42,020 nt of DNA from Nanobdellota archaeon. Its GTDB lineage: Archaea; Nanobdellota; Nanobdellia; Parvarchaeales; Parvarchaeaceae. The translations under genes were made by a program, and so were the position numbers. The stretch spans positions 1 to 42,020 of the forward strand of contig JAKAAW010000004.1 of the NCBI GenBank assembly GCA_021802105.1. The letters run 5' to 3'. Shown here piece by piece: positions 8,709 through 18,391 of the stretch. The stretch's first letter is position 1, and every line of letters starts with the position of its first letter. The notes under the pieces are model-generated. The model had not been told where the DNA came from and did no database searches. It worked only from the letters and a program-made list of their open reading frames with translations.

Positions 8709-9866
8709 TTATACGCCGAGATTCCTCTTTAGCATGTATATCTTATCTAGAGTTTCAGTGTCTCTTTCTATATCAATGCAGCTCTCGACAGTAGCATCTA
8801 TCGCCGTTCTTAAAGCACGCAGCGCGCCCTTAGACCCGGCGTGTGAACGAAAAGAATCAGAATGGCCTGGCACGGTTTTCGGTGCTATCTTCATATCCAA
8901 GTGTCCAGTCGGTACGACTACGCTGACATTCGCCTCGTCCGTTGCACCCATCTGGTGCTGGTTACCTATATGCAACTTATTTGGCTTTATACCGTGCTTC
9001 GCCAGATTTTTGAATAATACTTCATCTATCTCTCTGGCATTGTGGTATACCTTATAGACAGGTGTAAGTTCTTTTAACGAACTCTTCACGCCATATCTTC
9101 TGCCAGCAGATTTAGTTAATTTTTTTATCTTGTTATACGCGGACTTGAAAATAGAGTCATCAAAGCTCCTTAAGTCTACCTCCATTCTAGCCGCTTCTGG
9201 GACTATGTTTGACGCTTCGCCTCCCTCTTTTATGAACATACCTGCCATAACGCCACTGTATCTTTTTGATGATTCTAATTTTCTTATACCATTGTAGACA
9301 TAGACTAGTGCGTCCAGCGCATTTCTGCCGAGTTGAACGTTCTCCATATCAGAAGCTTTTCCTTTGAACACCAGATCAAATGTTATGTCATTCGGCGACT
9401 GACAACCTACATTCCATTCTGAATCTGGATGGAATCCTAATACAAAATCGATATCTTTAAAGGCCCCTCTCCTCACCATGCGCTCCTTACTGCCAGAATA
9501 CTCTCCGATACCTTCCTCAGAAGGTGTACCTATAACCACTATCTTTCCATTATAACCACTCTCCTTTAATTTTATGGCAGAGCCAACAGCCCACGCAGCT
9601 ATGAGATTATGTCCACACGAATGTCCGTTTGGAAGTGCATCCTCTTCACATAAGAAACAAACCGTTGGTTTACCAGTCCCGTACTCTGCTCTGAAGGAAG
9701 TTTTCATATCGCAGTACGGGAACGTTGTACTAAAGCCTTTTCCTTTAAGAAAGGAGTTAAGAAAAGAGGACGTTCTGAACTCTTTGCTCCCCAGTTCTGC
9801 TAATCCAAATACCTTATTAGACACTTCGACTATCTCATCAAAAGAAGTGCGTCCAACGATTCTCAT
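8709..9866 (-). CDS. M20 family amidohydrolase (AbgB/PM20D2-like); probable start MRIVGR at 9866
   Basis: ELGSKEFRTS, CEEDALPNGHSCGHNLI, GTPSEEG, FHP, GATDEANVS. Confidence 0.88.
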   Translation of the reverse strand: MRIVGRTSFDEIVEVSNKVFGLAELGSKEFRTSSFLNSFLKGKGFSTTFPYCDMKTSFRAEYGTGKPTVCFLCEEDALPNGHSCGHNLIAAWAVGSAIKLKESGYNGKIVVIGTPSEEGIGEYSGSKERMVRRGAFKDIDFVLGFHPDSEWNVGCQSPNDITFDLVFKGKASDMENVQLGRNALDALVYVYNGIRKLESSKRYSGVMAGMFIKEGGEASNIVPEAARMEVDLRSFDDSIFKSAYNKIKKLTKSAGRRYGVKSSLKELTPVYKVYHNAREIDEVLFKNLAKHGIKPNKLHIGNQHQMGATDEANVSVVVPTGHLDMKIAPKTVPGHSDSFRSHAGSKGALRALRTAIDATVESCIDIERDTETLDKIYMLKRNLGV

Positions 9867-9960
9867 GCATAATTTATGCTCCGATAGCATAAGTAAATAT
9901 CTGTTATGCCTTCTTTCCACCGTTTTAACCTATTTATTATAAGGCAATCAAGATTATACT

Positions 9961-10226
9961 TGACAGGCTAGCTGGGGAGTTAGTCCCTCCCTCAAACGCA
10001 AACGGACTTTAGGCGTGGCGAAAGCGCGGTCGAGGAGTAGTGATTCCGCACATGCTAGCAAAGCTATCTGAGAATCACAGCCTTGCGGGATGCTTTCGTT
10101 CGAAAAATCGGCCAGGCCCGGAAGGGAGCAACCGTAATTGAATGGGTGCGTGCTTGCAGGTAAACTGTGAGGAGAAAATGTTGCTATCCTCTGTACGGAT
10201 AGCTGTTTCGAAGCCGTGGCCTGTCA
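9961..10226 (+). ncRNA. ffs: Signal recognition particle (7S) RNA
   Basis: Helix 8 consensus GCCAGGCCCGGAAGGGAGCAACC at 10111-10133; ends TGACAGGC/GCCTGTCA pair; Alu helices GGGAG/CTCCC and ACGC/GCGT with complementary loops AGTCC/GGACT. Confidence 0.92.
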
Positions 10227-10234
10227 TTGAAGAT

Positions 10235-10317
10235 GTCGGGGTACTCAAGCGGTTACGAGGCACGCCTGCTAAGCGTGTTGGCGAAAGCCTGCGTGGGTTC
10301 GATCCCCACCCCCGACG
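10235..10317 (+). tRNA. tRNA-Ser (GCT)
   Basis: Acceptor GTCGGGG/CCCCGAC+G; anticodon stem CACGC/GCGTG with GCT at 10268-10270; variable arm GGC-GAAA-GCC; T7 run follows; no encoded CCA. Confidence 0.96.
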
Positions 10318-10382
10318 TTTTTTTAAATATTTATACGGGAATTGTCCATACTCTCCATAAAAAAACAGTAGAGGTATTAGAA

Positions 10383-10826
10383 ATGGCATATCAGTATCTT
10401 AAACCTAAGGACGATTACAGAAGGGATATATTCCTTATCTGCTCTGTAAGAAATGCATCAGAAGAGCACAGAACATTTCAGTGTAATTATACAGATGGCT
10501 TAGAGAAGAAAGGGCATAGAGTATTCTGGCCGCCAAGAGACAATCCATTTGAGAGTGTCGACCGTATAGGACTGGATATTATAAGGACAAACCTTGAAGC
10601 CATACTGGCATCAGACGAGGTGCATATAATATTCGATCCTAATAGTCAGGGAAGCATAGCAGACATAGAAGCCGCAATGGCAGTGAAAAAACCGATATAC
10701 TTAGTCAACCCTGAGCTGTTGAAGGCTACAGTGAGAAAGAGCTACACAAACGCCGTGCTGAACATGCACGCAATGTACGAACCTTCTATGGTGTATTCAA
10801 GGAGATACGGTTTCGCTGGTGTGTGA
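10383..10826 (+). CDS. Nucleoside 2-deoxyribosyltransferase-like (NDT/Rcl fold) protein; true start after the tRNA
   Basis: IFLICSVR...VFWPPRD...NLEAILASDEVHII...SQGSIADIEAAMAVKKPIYLVN; SD-like GAGGT upstream of ATG 10383. Confidence 0.7.
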   Translation: MAYQYLKPKDDYRRDIFLICSVRNASEEHRTFQCNYTDGLEKKGHRVFWPPRDNPFESVDRIGLDIIRTNLEAILASDEVHIIFDPNSQGSIADIEAAMAVKKPIYLVNPELLKATVRKSYTNAVLNMHAMYEPSMVYSRRYGFAGV

Positions 10827-10877
10827 TGACGCGATTTTAAGGCAAAAGTATTTAAATATCTGCCTGCAAAATGCAGT

Positions 10878-11906
10878 ATGAATTCGCTTTCAATAGGTAT
10901 TATAGGTCCTTATAAGACGGGAAAGAGCACGCTCGTGAATAAACTACAGCAGAGGAAGGGATTTGAAGGGGACGTATCGTTTTATTCATTCAAGTATGGC
11001 GGTAAGAGCATAACACTGATAGATACCCCTGGTGACATGGACGCGCCGACGATGATAGCATCTGTTCTTAGCATATCTGATGCCATTGTGTTTTGCGTCT
11101 CCCCTGACATAGGAGTAAACGCACAGGTCGGAGAGCTACTCGTTTTAGCAGACACTATAGGGATCACGCAGGGTCTGATATGCATAACAAAGGCAGATAT
11201 ATCCACCGAGTCTGACATAAAAAGTCTGAAGACCAGACTGTCCAACTTCATAAAAGGTACTCACCTAGAAAAATTTGAGATGGTAGTTATAGACATCAAC
11301 AGCGATCAGAACATAGCAGATATACGCGCGAAGCTGTCTAACCTTAATTACGATGCAAGCAGGATACAAAAACCGTTCAAACTGTTTATAGACCACGCTT
11401 TTGAATCAAAGGGAACGTCCATAGCTGTCGGCAATCTTTCCACAGGGTCGATAGCTATACATACGGACGGAGTTCTCTGCCCGGCGCCTTTCTCTAAGGA
11501 CCTATCAGTAAATTCTATACAAATAAATCAAGAGGAAGTACAGAAAGCAGAGGCCGGCGACAGACCTGGTGTCGGTATCAAAGGAGTTTGGCCTTGGGAC
11601 CTACCAAGAGGCACCGAGCTCAGACAGAAAGGCAGCTTCAAGGACGTAAAGTCCGGAAAGATGAAGGTTTATGTCAACGGACTTTACAAACAGGAGATAA
11701 AGGATGGCAGCAGGCTGACTCTGATATGCAACTGGCAGACACCTCTTGTTACCCTTAAAAACGTTTCTAGGAGCGGCAATGAACTGACGGCCGATTTTGA
11801 GGCTGACAAGAATTTCTGTTTTGACAACGGAGATCACCTGCTTCTCATAAACAAGGACCTGCCAATAAGGATCCTTAGAGTGGTTGGAAAGGTTGAGATA
11901 TTATGA
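10878..11906 (+). CDS. SelB-like translational GTPase (aSelBL-type)
   Basis: GPYKTGKS, DTPG, TKAD; EF-Tu domain II (FIDHAFESKG...AEAGDRPGVGIKG); no domain IV. Confidence 0.8.
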   Translation: MNSLSIGIIGPYKTGKSTLVNKLQQRKGFEGDVSFYSFKYGGKSITLIDTPGDMDAPTMIASVLSISDAIVFCVSPDIGVNAQVGELLVLADTIGITQGLICITKADISTESDIKSLKTRLSNFIKGTHLEKFEMVVIDINSDQNIADIRAKLSNLNYDASRIQKPFKLFIDHAFESKGTSIAVGNLSTGSIAIHTDGVLCPAPFSKDLSVNSIQINQEEVQKAEAGDRPGVGIKGVWPWDLPRGTELRQKGSFKDVKSGKMKVYVNGLYKQEIKDGSRLTLICNWQTPLVTLKNVSRSGNELTADFEADKNFCFDNGDHLLLINKDLPIRILRVVGKVEIL

Positions 11907-12445
11907 TGGAGAAAACTCTGGTAATGCTTAAGCCGGATGCAATCGAGAGACAACTCGCGGGTAAAATAATAGCCAGATTCGAGGAGGCAGGTTTCACGAT
12001 ATCGATGATGAGGAAAGGCAGGATGTCAATGGAACTAGCCGAAAAACAGTACAGAAGCACAGAGACCCAGCTTACTGGCATGGGAAACAAGACCATTGAA
12101 TCAATGACCAGCTCCGGTCATGAGGCGGAGATAGACAAGCTATTCGGGACTAGGGATCCCTACAAGATAGGGGAGCAACTGATGGACTGGAACAGAAAAT
12201 TTATGACGTCATCCGATATAATCGCTATGGTGCTAGAAAGAGAAGACGCGGTAGCAAAGGGAAGGGAGCTTATAGGCAAGACAGACCCTTCCGCGGCACC
12301 CAAAGGCACTATACGGGGAGATTTTGCAGAAGATTCTATACTCCAGGCCAATCTTGAAGGAAGGGCCACAAGAAATCTAGTGCACGCATCAGATAAGGAC
12401 GGCGCACAGATAGAGACGAATCTATTTGAGAAAGAGTTCTTCTGA
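11903..12445 (+). CDS. ndk: Nucleoside diphosphate kinase (long-insert form)
   Basis: EKTLVMLKPDA, GKTDPSAAPKGTIRGDF, NLVHASD. Confidence 0.95.
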   Translation: MMEKTLVMLKPDAIERQLAGKIIARFEEAGFTISMMRKGRMSMELAEKQYRSTETQLTGMGNKTIESMTSSGHEAEIDKLFGTRDPYKIGEQLMDWNRKFMTSSDIIAMVLEREDAVAKGRELIGKTDPSAAPKGTIRGDFAEDSILQANLEGRATRNLVHASDKDGAQIETNLFEKEFF

Positions 12446-12447
12446 TT

Positions 12448-12894
12448 TTAAGTCTGGCGCCTTATTTTGTACTTAGAAGCAGTTTTCTTTATCGCCTCTT
12501 TATTATTGTCCCATTTGACCATTGATACTGCAGTATTCTCCTCAACCCAATCCCATTTGTCGTGTTCTTTATACACGTTGTTCTTATCAGTAACTACAAC
12601 GTCAGGTCTTACTTCAACTTCAAAGACGCTCTCGTTTTTCTTTGTTCCGTCGCTTTCGAAAGAGAACTCCATTATTTTCTCGTACTTGATTATGTCTTCA
12701 GGTCTGATACCAGTCTCCTCAAATACCTCTCTTTTAAGCGTTTCATCCAGCGTCTCCCCACTTTCTACACCACCGGTGACGCTCTGCCATACATCGTTGT
12801 TCATTCCGCCAATCCTACGCATTATGAGAAACTTTGGTCCATCTTTCTCCATTCTAAAAATTACTGCTTGTATCTTATTGTTTGTTCTCACCAT
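12448..12894 (-). CDS. Nudix hydrolase (NudB-like)
   Basis: WQSVTGGVESGETLDETLKREVFEETGI Nudix box; EHDKWDW. Confidence 0.9.
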   Translation of the reverse strand: MVRTNNKIQAVIFRMEKDGPKFLIMRRIGGMNNDVWQSVTGGVESGETLDETLKREVFEETGIRPEDIIKYEKIMEFSFESDGTKKNESVFEVEVRPDVVVTDKNNVYKEHDKWDWVEENTAVSMVKWDNNKEAIKKTASKYKIRRQT

Positions 12895-13016
12895 AACTAA
12901 TAATAGACTGCAATGTATTTACATCTTTCATATGCCGAGACGCGCAGAGTCCTCCCATAAAACCTTATAACCTAAGCGCTCTTCATTACTCTATAAAAGT
13001 AAGAGGAGCCTTTTTT

Positions 13017-14732
13017 ATGAGATCACCAATATGCGCCTTCTTGGGGCACGTCGATGCTGGAAAAACAAGCATAATGGACGCTATAAGGAATACGTTCTTT
13101 GCTTATCGCGAGAGCGGCGGTCTTACCCAAAATATAGGCATAACGGAGGTGCCGACGGACAGGATAAAGGAGATAACATCAGATCTCCTAAAAAAATTTA
13201 AAGTCGATGTAAACATATCTAACATAATATTCATAGACTCGCCTGGTCACGAGGCTTTCGTTACTCTTAGAGAGAGAGGTGCCTCTATAGCAGATCTCGC
13301 GATACTGACCGTGGATGTTACGGAAGGGCTACAGAAACAAACAATAGAGTCCATAGAAATACTTAAATCATACAAGACACCTTTTCTAGTCGCACTCACA
13401 AAAATAGACGCCATTCAGGGGTATCTACCCGCCAAGGATATTTCATTCATAGATCTGTTGAGAGGAGAGGGGTCTACCTATACTGAAAACGTGGACAAGG
13501 AGGTCTATTCCCTCGTAGCTGAGCTATCTAATTATGGTTTCCAGGCGGAGCGCTATGATAGAGTGACAGATTTTACTAAACAGCTGACCATAATACCTGT
13601 CTCAGCAGTGAACAATGTAGGGATAAAAGATTTAATAGTTATGATAATAGGGTTGAGCCAGAGGTATATAACTGCGCAGAGATCCGAAGGTAATCAAGCT
13701 GCTATACTTGAGGAGAAACTAGTCAAAGGAATAGGAAAAGTGTACGATTCCATAATCTATTCTGGAGAGCTAAACGTCGGTGATAAGGTGCTTATACAGA
13801 CAAAGGAAGGCCCTGTTGAGACTAAAGTTAAGGCCATAATGAAACTTATGCCTCTTGAAGAGAGCAGAGAGAACTTCGGTAAGTATGAAAGTGTAAAATC
13901 CGCTTCAGCAACGACTCCTATAAGACTCGTCTTACAGGATCCTGAAGCAATGATAGGGACATCACTAGCGGTGTTCAAGACCGAAGATGAGAAGCAGACA
14001 CTTCTCTCAGAGATAGCAGGATCAAGAGAAGGTTACAACGATGATTCTGCAAAAGGAATAGTCGTGTGCGCAGATTCACTCGGCAGCATAGACGCTATAC
14101 GGAAAATAGGCGAGTCAAAATTAATAGATATAGGGAAGACTAGGATAGGAGAACCTTCCAAGAATGATATCTCCACTGCAAAGCTAAACAACGGCGTCAT
14201 ACTCGCTTTCAACGTACCTGTGCAAAAGCAGACTGAAGCTATGTCAAAGACGGAGGGAGTGACGATAATAAACACGAACTCTATATACGCCTTGTTCGAG
14301 AGATATGGCGAATTCATTAGAGACTTAAACGCAAGGAAATTCAAGTCTATCACCGCTGGTCTTAAGCTTCCTGCAAAGATAGTGTTCTTGAAGGGTAACA
14401 TATTCAGAAGATCCGGTCCATGCATATTTGGTGTCGAGGTGTTGGAAGGAGAGATAAGACCGGGTTATCCTCTGATAAATGGGAGAGGAGAAAGGATAGG
14501 AAGGATAGTTAACATACAGGACGATAATAAGGCACTTGATAGGGCCATAAAAGGAGACAAGGTGGCAATAAGTGTTGACGACGCGGTGTACAGTAGGAAT
14601 CTAAGGGACGAGGACTTGCTATATACTGATATAGAAATATATGATGTAGTAAAGTTTGAAGACGTAAGAGACTCGTTGTCAAAGGATTATTCGGATGTAA
14701 TGCTGGAGATACAAAAGATAAAGAAGATTTAA
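13017..14732 (+). CDS. infB: Translation initiation factor aIF5B (IF-2)
   Basis: RSPICAFLGHVDAGKT, ESGGLTQNIG, DSPGHEAF, LRERG, IFRRSGPCIFGVEV. Confidence 0.97.
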   Translation: MRSPICAFLGHVDAGKTSIMDAIRNTFFAYRESGGLTQNIGITEVPTDRIKEITSDLLKKFKVDVNISNIIFIDSPGHEAFVTLRERGASIADLAILTVDVTEGLQKQTIESIEILKSYKTPFLVALTKIDAIQGYLPAKDISFIDLLRGEGSTYTENVDKEVYSLVAELSNYGFQAERYDRVTDFTKQLTIIPVSAVNNVGIKDLIVMIIGLSQRYITAQRSEGNQAAILEEKLVKGIGKVYDSIIYSGELNVGDKVLIQTKEGPVETKVKAIMKLMPLEESRENFGKYESVKSASATTPIRLVLQDPEAMIGTSLAVFKTEDEKQTLLSEIAGSREGYNDDSAKGIVVCADSLGSIDAIRKIGESKLIDIGKTRIGEPSKNDISTAKLNNGVILAFNVPVQKQTEAMSKTEGVTIINTNSIYALFERYGEFIRDLNARKFKSITAGLKLPAKIVFLKGNIFRRSGPCIFGVEVLEGEIRPGYPLINGRGERIGRIVNIQDDNKALDRAIKGDKVAISVDDAVYSRNLRDEDLLYTDIEIYDVVKFEDVRDSLSKDYSDVMLEIQKIKKI

Positions 14733-15430
14733 GACCACTCCTTCGCAGCTTTTTCGTAAAGCTCAGGTGTGTCGCACGCCATCCACTTGCCGGAGTAGAC
14801 GAAACCGTTTATCATGTTATCTCTTACAAGGTGCTCGAACTCATAAGCGATGTTTGACACACCTTCTGGAAGCATACTTATCAGTGACGGATCTATCATG
14901 TATATTCCAGTATCGATAAGATGAGATGGCGGGTCGTTTTTCGGTTTCTCTACGAATTCTGTTATCCGGTCTCCATCCATCTTAGCCACTCCAAACTGTG
15001 ATACATCTTCAACAGTCGTAAGACCTATTGTTGCGAGGGGATGTTTCTCTTTATGGAAATGATATATTTTCGAAAGTTCAAAATCGAAGAGATTGTCCCC
15101 GTTCAGCATTATAAAATCCCCTTTTATATTGTTTCCATAAGCTTTTATGGCTCCTCCCGTGCCGAGAGGGGTTTCCTCAATTGCGTATTTTATTCTTACT
15201 CCGAAAGCGTCACCGTCGCCGAAATAATCCATTACATTTTCTTTAAGGTGGCTTACCGCAAGAATTATGTCTAGGAAACCGGCTTCCTTGAGACGATTTA
15301 TTGTGTGTTCCAGTATAGGTTTACCCCTTATTAGAGCCATGGATTTAGGTATGGACTGTGTCATCGGCAGGAGTCTTGTCCCGTACCCTCCTGCTAGAAT
15401 GAAAGCCTGGACATGCAAATCATTTGCCAT
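14729..15430 (-). CDS. Sugar-1-phosphate nucleotidyltransferase (GDP-mannose pyrophosphorylase-like)
   Basis: ILAGGYGTRLLPMTQSIPK, PLGTGGA, LNGD, FVEKP. Confidence 0.92.
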   Translation of the reverse strand: MANDLHVQAFILAGGYGTRLLPMTQSIPKSMALIRGKPILEHTINRLKEAGFLDIILAVSHLKENVMDYFGDGDAFGVRIKYAIEETPLGTGGAIKAYGNNIKGDFIMLNGDNLFDFELSKIYHFHKEKHPLATIGLTTVEDVSQFGVAKMDGDRITEFVEKPKNDPPSHLIDTGIYMIDPSLISMLPEGVSNIAYEFEHLVRDNMINGFVYSGKWMACDTPELYEKAAKEWS

Positions 15431-16583
15431 TCTTGTTTTTTGTCCTCCCTCTCCTTATGATATTGTCTATGGCAGTATCTAAATTTTTAATCATTAGCCT
15501 CTCGTCATAAACTGGTGAATTTAGAGCTCCTTTCCTGAGGTTTTCGTAATAGCGTTTATCTAATATTTTGTTAAGGGCACCTGCTAGATCCGCCTCATTT
15601 GCTTCTACTAATATACCATTTACTCCGTTCTTTATGAACTCTCTTGGGCCGCCCTCGTTTGCTGAAACCACTGGTTTTCCATAAGCCAGCGATTCGAGAG
15701 GTACTAAGCCCGTGTCCTCATTTATCGCCAAGAAAAGTGTAGCGTAGCATTTCGAGTAGAGCTCCCTAAGCCGCTTTTCACTTATGTCTCTCTCTATTAT
15801 TATATCACTTCTACCCGCTGACAGCTCTTTCAGGGTTTTAAAATAACTCTCACTCTCGACGAATCCACCTATCACTAGCTTGAAGCCTAGGGAGGGGAGT
15901 TTTGATTTTATAAAGGCTTTCACGGCAAGATCCTGTCTTTTGTAAGGAATAAACCTGCTTGGATAAAATATTACCTTGTCTACCCTTCCCTTACTGTGTT
16001 TTCCGAAGTCTGCGTTTGGGCCTATCTTGAATATCCTGTTACTATCAATTAGTTTGTAACCTACAAGTCTACTCCTAACCTCATCGCTGAGCACTATTGC
16101 ATAAGATATGTGCTTCCAGGCGTTTCTCTCTAGTATCCTGTATATAGGAACCAATATAGGCAGTGACATCCTGAATTTCAAGGAGCTGGTTCTGTAATAA
16201 TTATACATGGAATGTGCCACTCTTAAGGGGGTGTGTGTCAAGGCTATAGTAAGAGAGTGCCTGTTTCTGAACACCGCTAGCTCTGCTATTCCTGCGGTCG
16301 ATATCATAAAAATGTCGTACTTGTCTAGATTTTTTATCTTTTTCGTCAGCAAACCAAAGAACAGACCAGCTCCTTTTCTTAGGAACCCGTTGGTATTTGC
16401 ACTGCCAATCTGGCGTACTTTGAACTCTTTGAAATCCGAGAATGTCTTTTCCTTATCATAGCCAAGAGTGTACAAGTCTATACAGTATCTTTTGTCTTTA
16501 AGGATGGAGAGTACGATCCGTTCCACTCCTCCTTTGCTTTTTAACCACGGTACAAACAACGCAATCTTTATTTTCTTTTCCAT
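15420..16583 (-). CDS. Glycosyltransferase family 4 (Alg2-like)
   Basis: GGVER, SRFIPYKRQDL, EDTGLVPLESLAYGKPVV. Confidence 0.92.
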   Translation of the reverse strand: MEKKIKIALFVPWLKSKGGVERIVLSILKDKRYCIDLYTLGYDKEKTFSDFKEFKVRQIGSANTNGFLRKGAGLFFGLLTKKIKNLDKYDIFMISTAGIAELAVFRNRHSLTIALTHTPLRVAHSMYNYYRTSSLKFRMSLPILVPIYRILERNAWKHISYAIVLSDEVRSRLVGYKLIDSNRIFKIGPNADFGKHSKGRVDKVIFYPSRFIPYKRQDLAVKAFIKSKLPSLGFKLVIGGFVESESYFKTLKELSAGRSDIIIERDISEKRLRELYSKCYATLFLAINEDTGLVPLESLAYGKPVVSANEGGPREFIKNGVNGILVEANEADLAGALNKILDKRYYENLRKGALNSPVYDERLMIKNLDTAIDNIIRRGRTKNKNGK

Positions 16584-16588
16584 GCAAA

Positions 16589-17305
16589 TTATGTCTGCAA
16601 ACAGGAAGGTGCTACCACGTTAGTACCTAGGGCGAATATGTACACTAAGAGAGTTGCCGGAACTTGGTTCAGGTGGATTGAAGACGATGCGACTCCGTCT
16701 GCGTTGGTAACGCTCCTAGTGCTGTTTATGTACTGCCCCCCATACGTAAAAACGCTGATGTTATAGGCAGTCAAAGCTGTTGGCGTATGCTTACTGCCGA
16801 AAAATTCTATGTTGTAGTTCAGAGTGTTGCCGCTGATGGAATAAGAATAATTGATGTAGGTTATGTCCGCCTCGAAGCCTATCTGAACTCTGTCACTGTT
16901 GTTATACATTGCATACATAATGTAGTTTCCTGGCGTCATCGGGAGTATCCCAACAATATTCAATTTGGCATTCTGGATGTACGAATACGTGCCGGAGGAT
17001 ACCTTTACAAAGTTTCCGCAGAAAAATGATCCTAGCAGAGTCAACTGTGGTACGGTTAGCGAGAACGAGATCTTAGAACCAAGCCCTTCGTTTGTTACGT
17101 AGTTTGCTTCTTTAACGAGGCTCGTAGCTGTAGTAGAAACCTTTGAAGCTACGGAAGCATTGTAATAGCTAGAATAGTACACGAACACGTAAATCAGGAA
17201 AAAGCCTATTATTAACAGGGCTATCGAAACTATTATTAGATATTCAGTCGTGAACTGGCCTTTTCTACCCGCCCGTGATTTTTCCCGCATACAGTGTATT
17301 ATCAT
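16589..17305 (-). CDS. Class III signal peptide (pilin-like) protein
   Basis: RKG|QFTTEYLIIV with E at +5 and a hydrophobic helix. Confidence 0.85.
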   Translation of the reverse strand: MIIHCMREKSRAGRKGQFTTEYLIIVSIALLIIGFFLIYVFVYYSSYYNASVASKVSTTATSLVKEANYVTNEGLGSKISFSLTVPQLTLLGSFFCGNFVKVSSGTYSYIQNAKLNIVGILPMTPGNYIMYAMYNNSDRVQIGFEADITYINYSYSISGNTLNYNIEFFGSKHTPTALTAYNISVFTYGGQYINSTRSVTNADGVASSSIHLNQVPATLLVYIFALGTNVVAPSCLQT

Positions 17306-17410
17306 CTATCAATATATAATTTGAAACTTTCTGCACTATCTATTTTTTGTTTTGCGGTTCATCGGTGCCGTGAATAAACTTGTAATTTTTACAATTTATT
17401 TGCACATTAA

Positions 17411-17428
17411 GAAAGCTTTATATATAAG
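17411..17428 (+). promoter_or_regulatory. BRE/TATA promoter of tfb (probably a near-leaderless mRNA)
   Basis: GAAAGCTTTATATATAAG about 28 nt upstream of ATG 17456. Confidence 0.6.
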
Positions 17429-17455
17429 TTGCGCTCCTACTATATAAATATTATT

Positions 17456-18379
17456 ATGAGAGTGATAACAAACAAGGAGAGCAAGAAGTGCCCGTCTTGC
17501 GGGGCAGATGCAGTCGTCTACGATAAGACTACCGGGGAATCGATTTGCCAGAAATGCGGATACGTCCTGGAGAGCGACATGATAGACTATGGTAGGGAAT
17601 GGCGATCTTTTGAGGATGAAAGGTCCGAGAGTAAAGGGAGGATGGGGTCTCCTCTCAGCTACGCAAAGTACGATAAAGGGACTAGTACAGTTATAGGAAA
17701 AGCTAGCGAATCGATAAAACTATCAAATGCAAACAGAAGAACGTTTTACAAGCTTAGAAAGTGGCAGCCAAGAATATCTACCGCTTTCGAACGCAATCTT
17801 AAATTTGCCCTCACAGAGCTAAGACATGCCAGCAACAGGCTGCACGTATCGGACGTTATACAGGAAGAGGCAGCGAAAATGTACAGGGAAGCCATAAGCA
17901 GGCGCCTCGTAAGGGGAAGGTCCATGGAGAGTGTCATAGCAGGTGCTCTGTACGCTTCTGCAAGGAAATATAATAGGCCGATAACTTTGGATGAGATCTC
18001 TGACACATTCAGCGTAGAGCGAAAGGAAGTCGGAAAAGCTTACAGGCTTCTATGCAGAGAGCTTGGTATAAAGATACTGCCTACATCACCTAGTGATTAC
18101 ATATACAAGTTTGCTGTCGAACTTAAAGTCTCTAACAAGACAGTTGCTGATGCGGTCAAACTCCTAAAAGAGGCTGAGGAAAAAGGGCTCACTAGTGGTA
18201 AGGGTCCAATGGGAATAGCAGCAGCGGTTCTCTATGTGGCAACGCTGATAAACAAGGAAAAGAAGACTCAGAGAGACGCAGCCAAGGCGGCAGGTATAAC
18301 AGAAGTAACGATAAGAAACAGGTATAAAGAACTTTACCAGGCCCTTAATCTTAGAGATAGGTACAAGATAGAAGAATAA
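17456..18379 (+). CDS. tfb: Transcription initiation factor IIB (probable start MRVITNK)
   Basis: CPSC...CQKC zinc ribbon, EWRSF B-reader, RGRS, GKGPMG, TEVTIRNRYKEL. Confidence 0.97.
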   Translation: MRVITNKESKKCPSCGADAVVYDKTTGESICQKCGYVLESDMIDYGREWRSFEDERSESKGRMGSPLSYAKYDKGTSTVIGKASESIKLSNANRRTFYKLRKWQPRISTAFERNLKFALTELRHASNRLHVSDVIQEEAAKMYREAISRRLVRGRSMESVIAGALYASARKYNRPITLDEISDTFSVERKEVGKAYRLLCRELGIKILPTSPSDYIYKFAVELKVSNKTVADAVKLLKEAEEKGLTSGKGPMGIAAAVLYVATLINKEKKTQRDAAKAAGITEVTIRNRYKELYQALNLRDRYKIEE

Positions 18380-18391
18380 GCGGCTCTTCCT

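Noticed and set aside
10075-10389. ORFs 10075..10389(-), 10142..10360(+) and the 5' extension of 10227..10826
   Set aside because: They overlap the SRP RNA and tRNA-Ser; the real CDS most likely starts at 10383.
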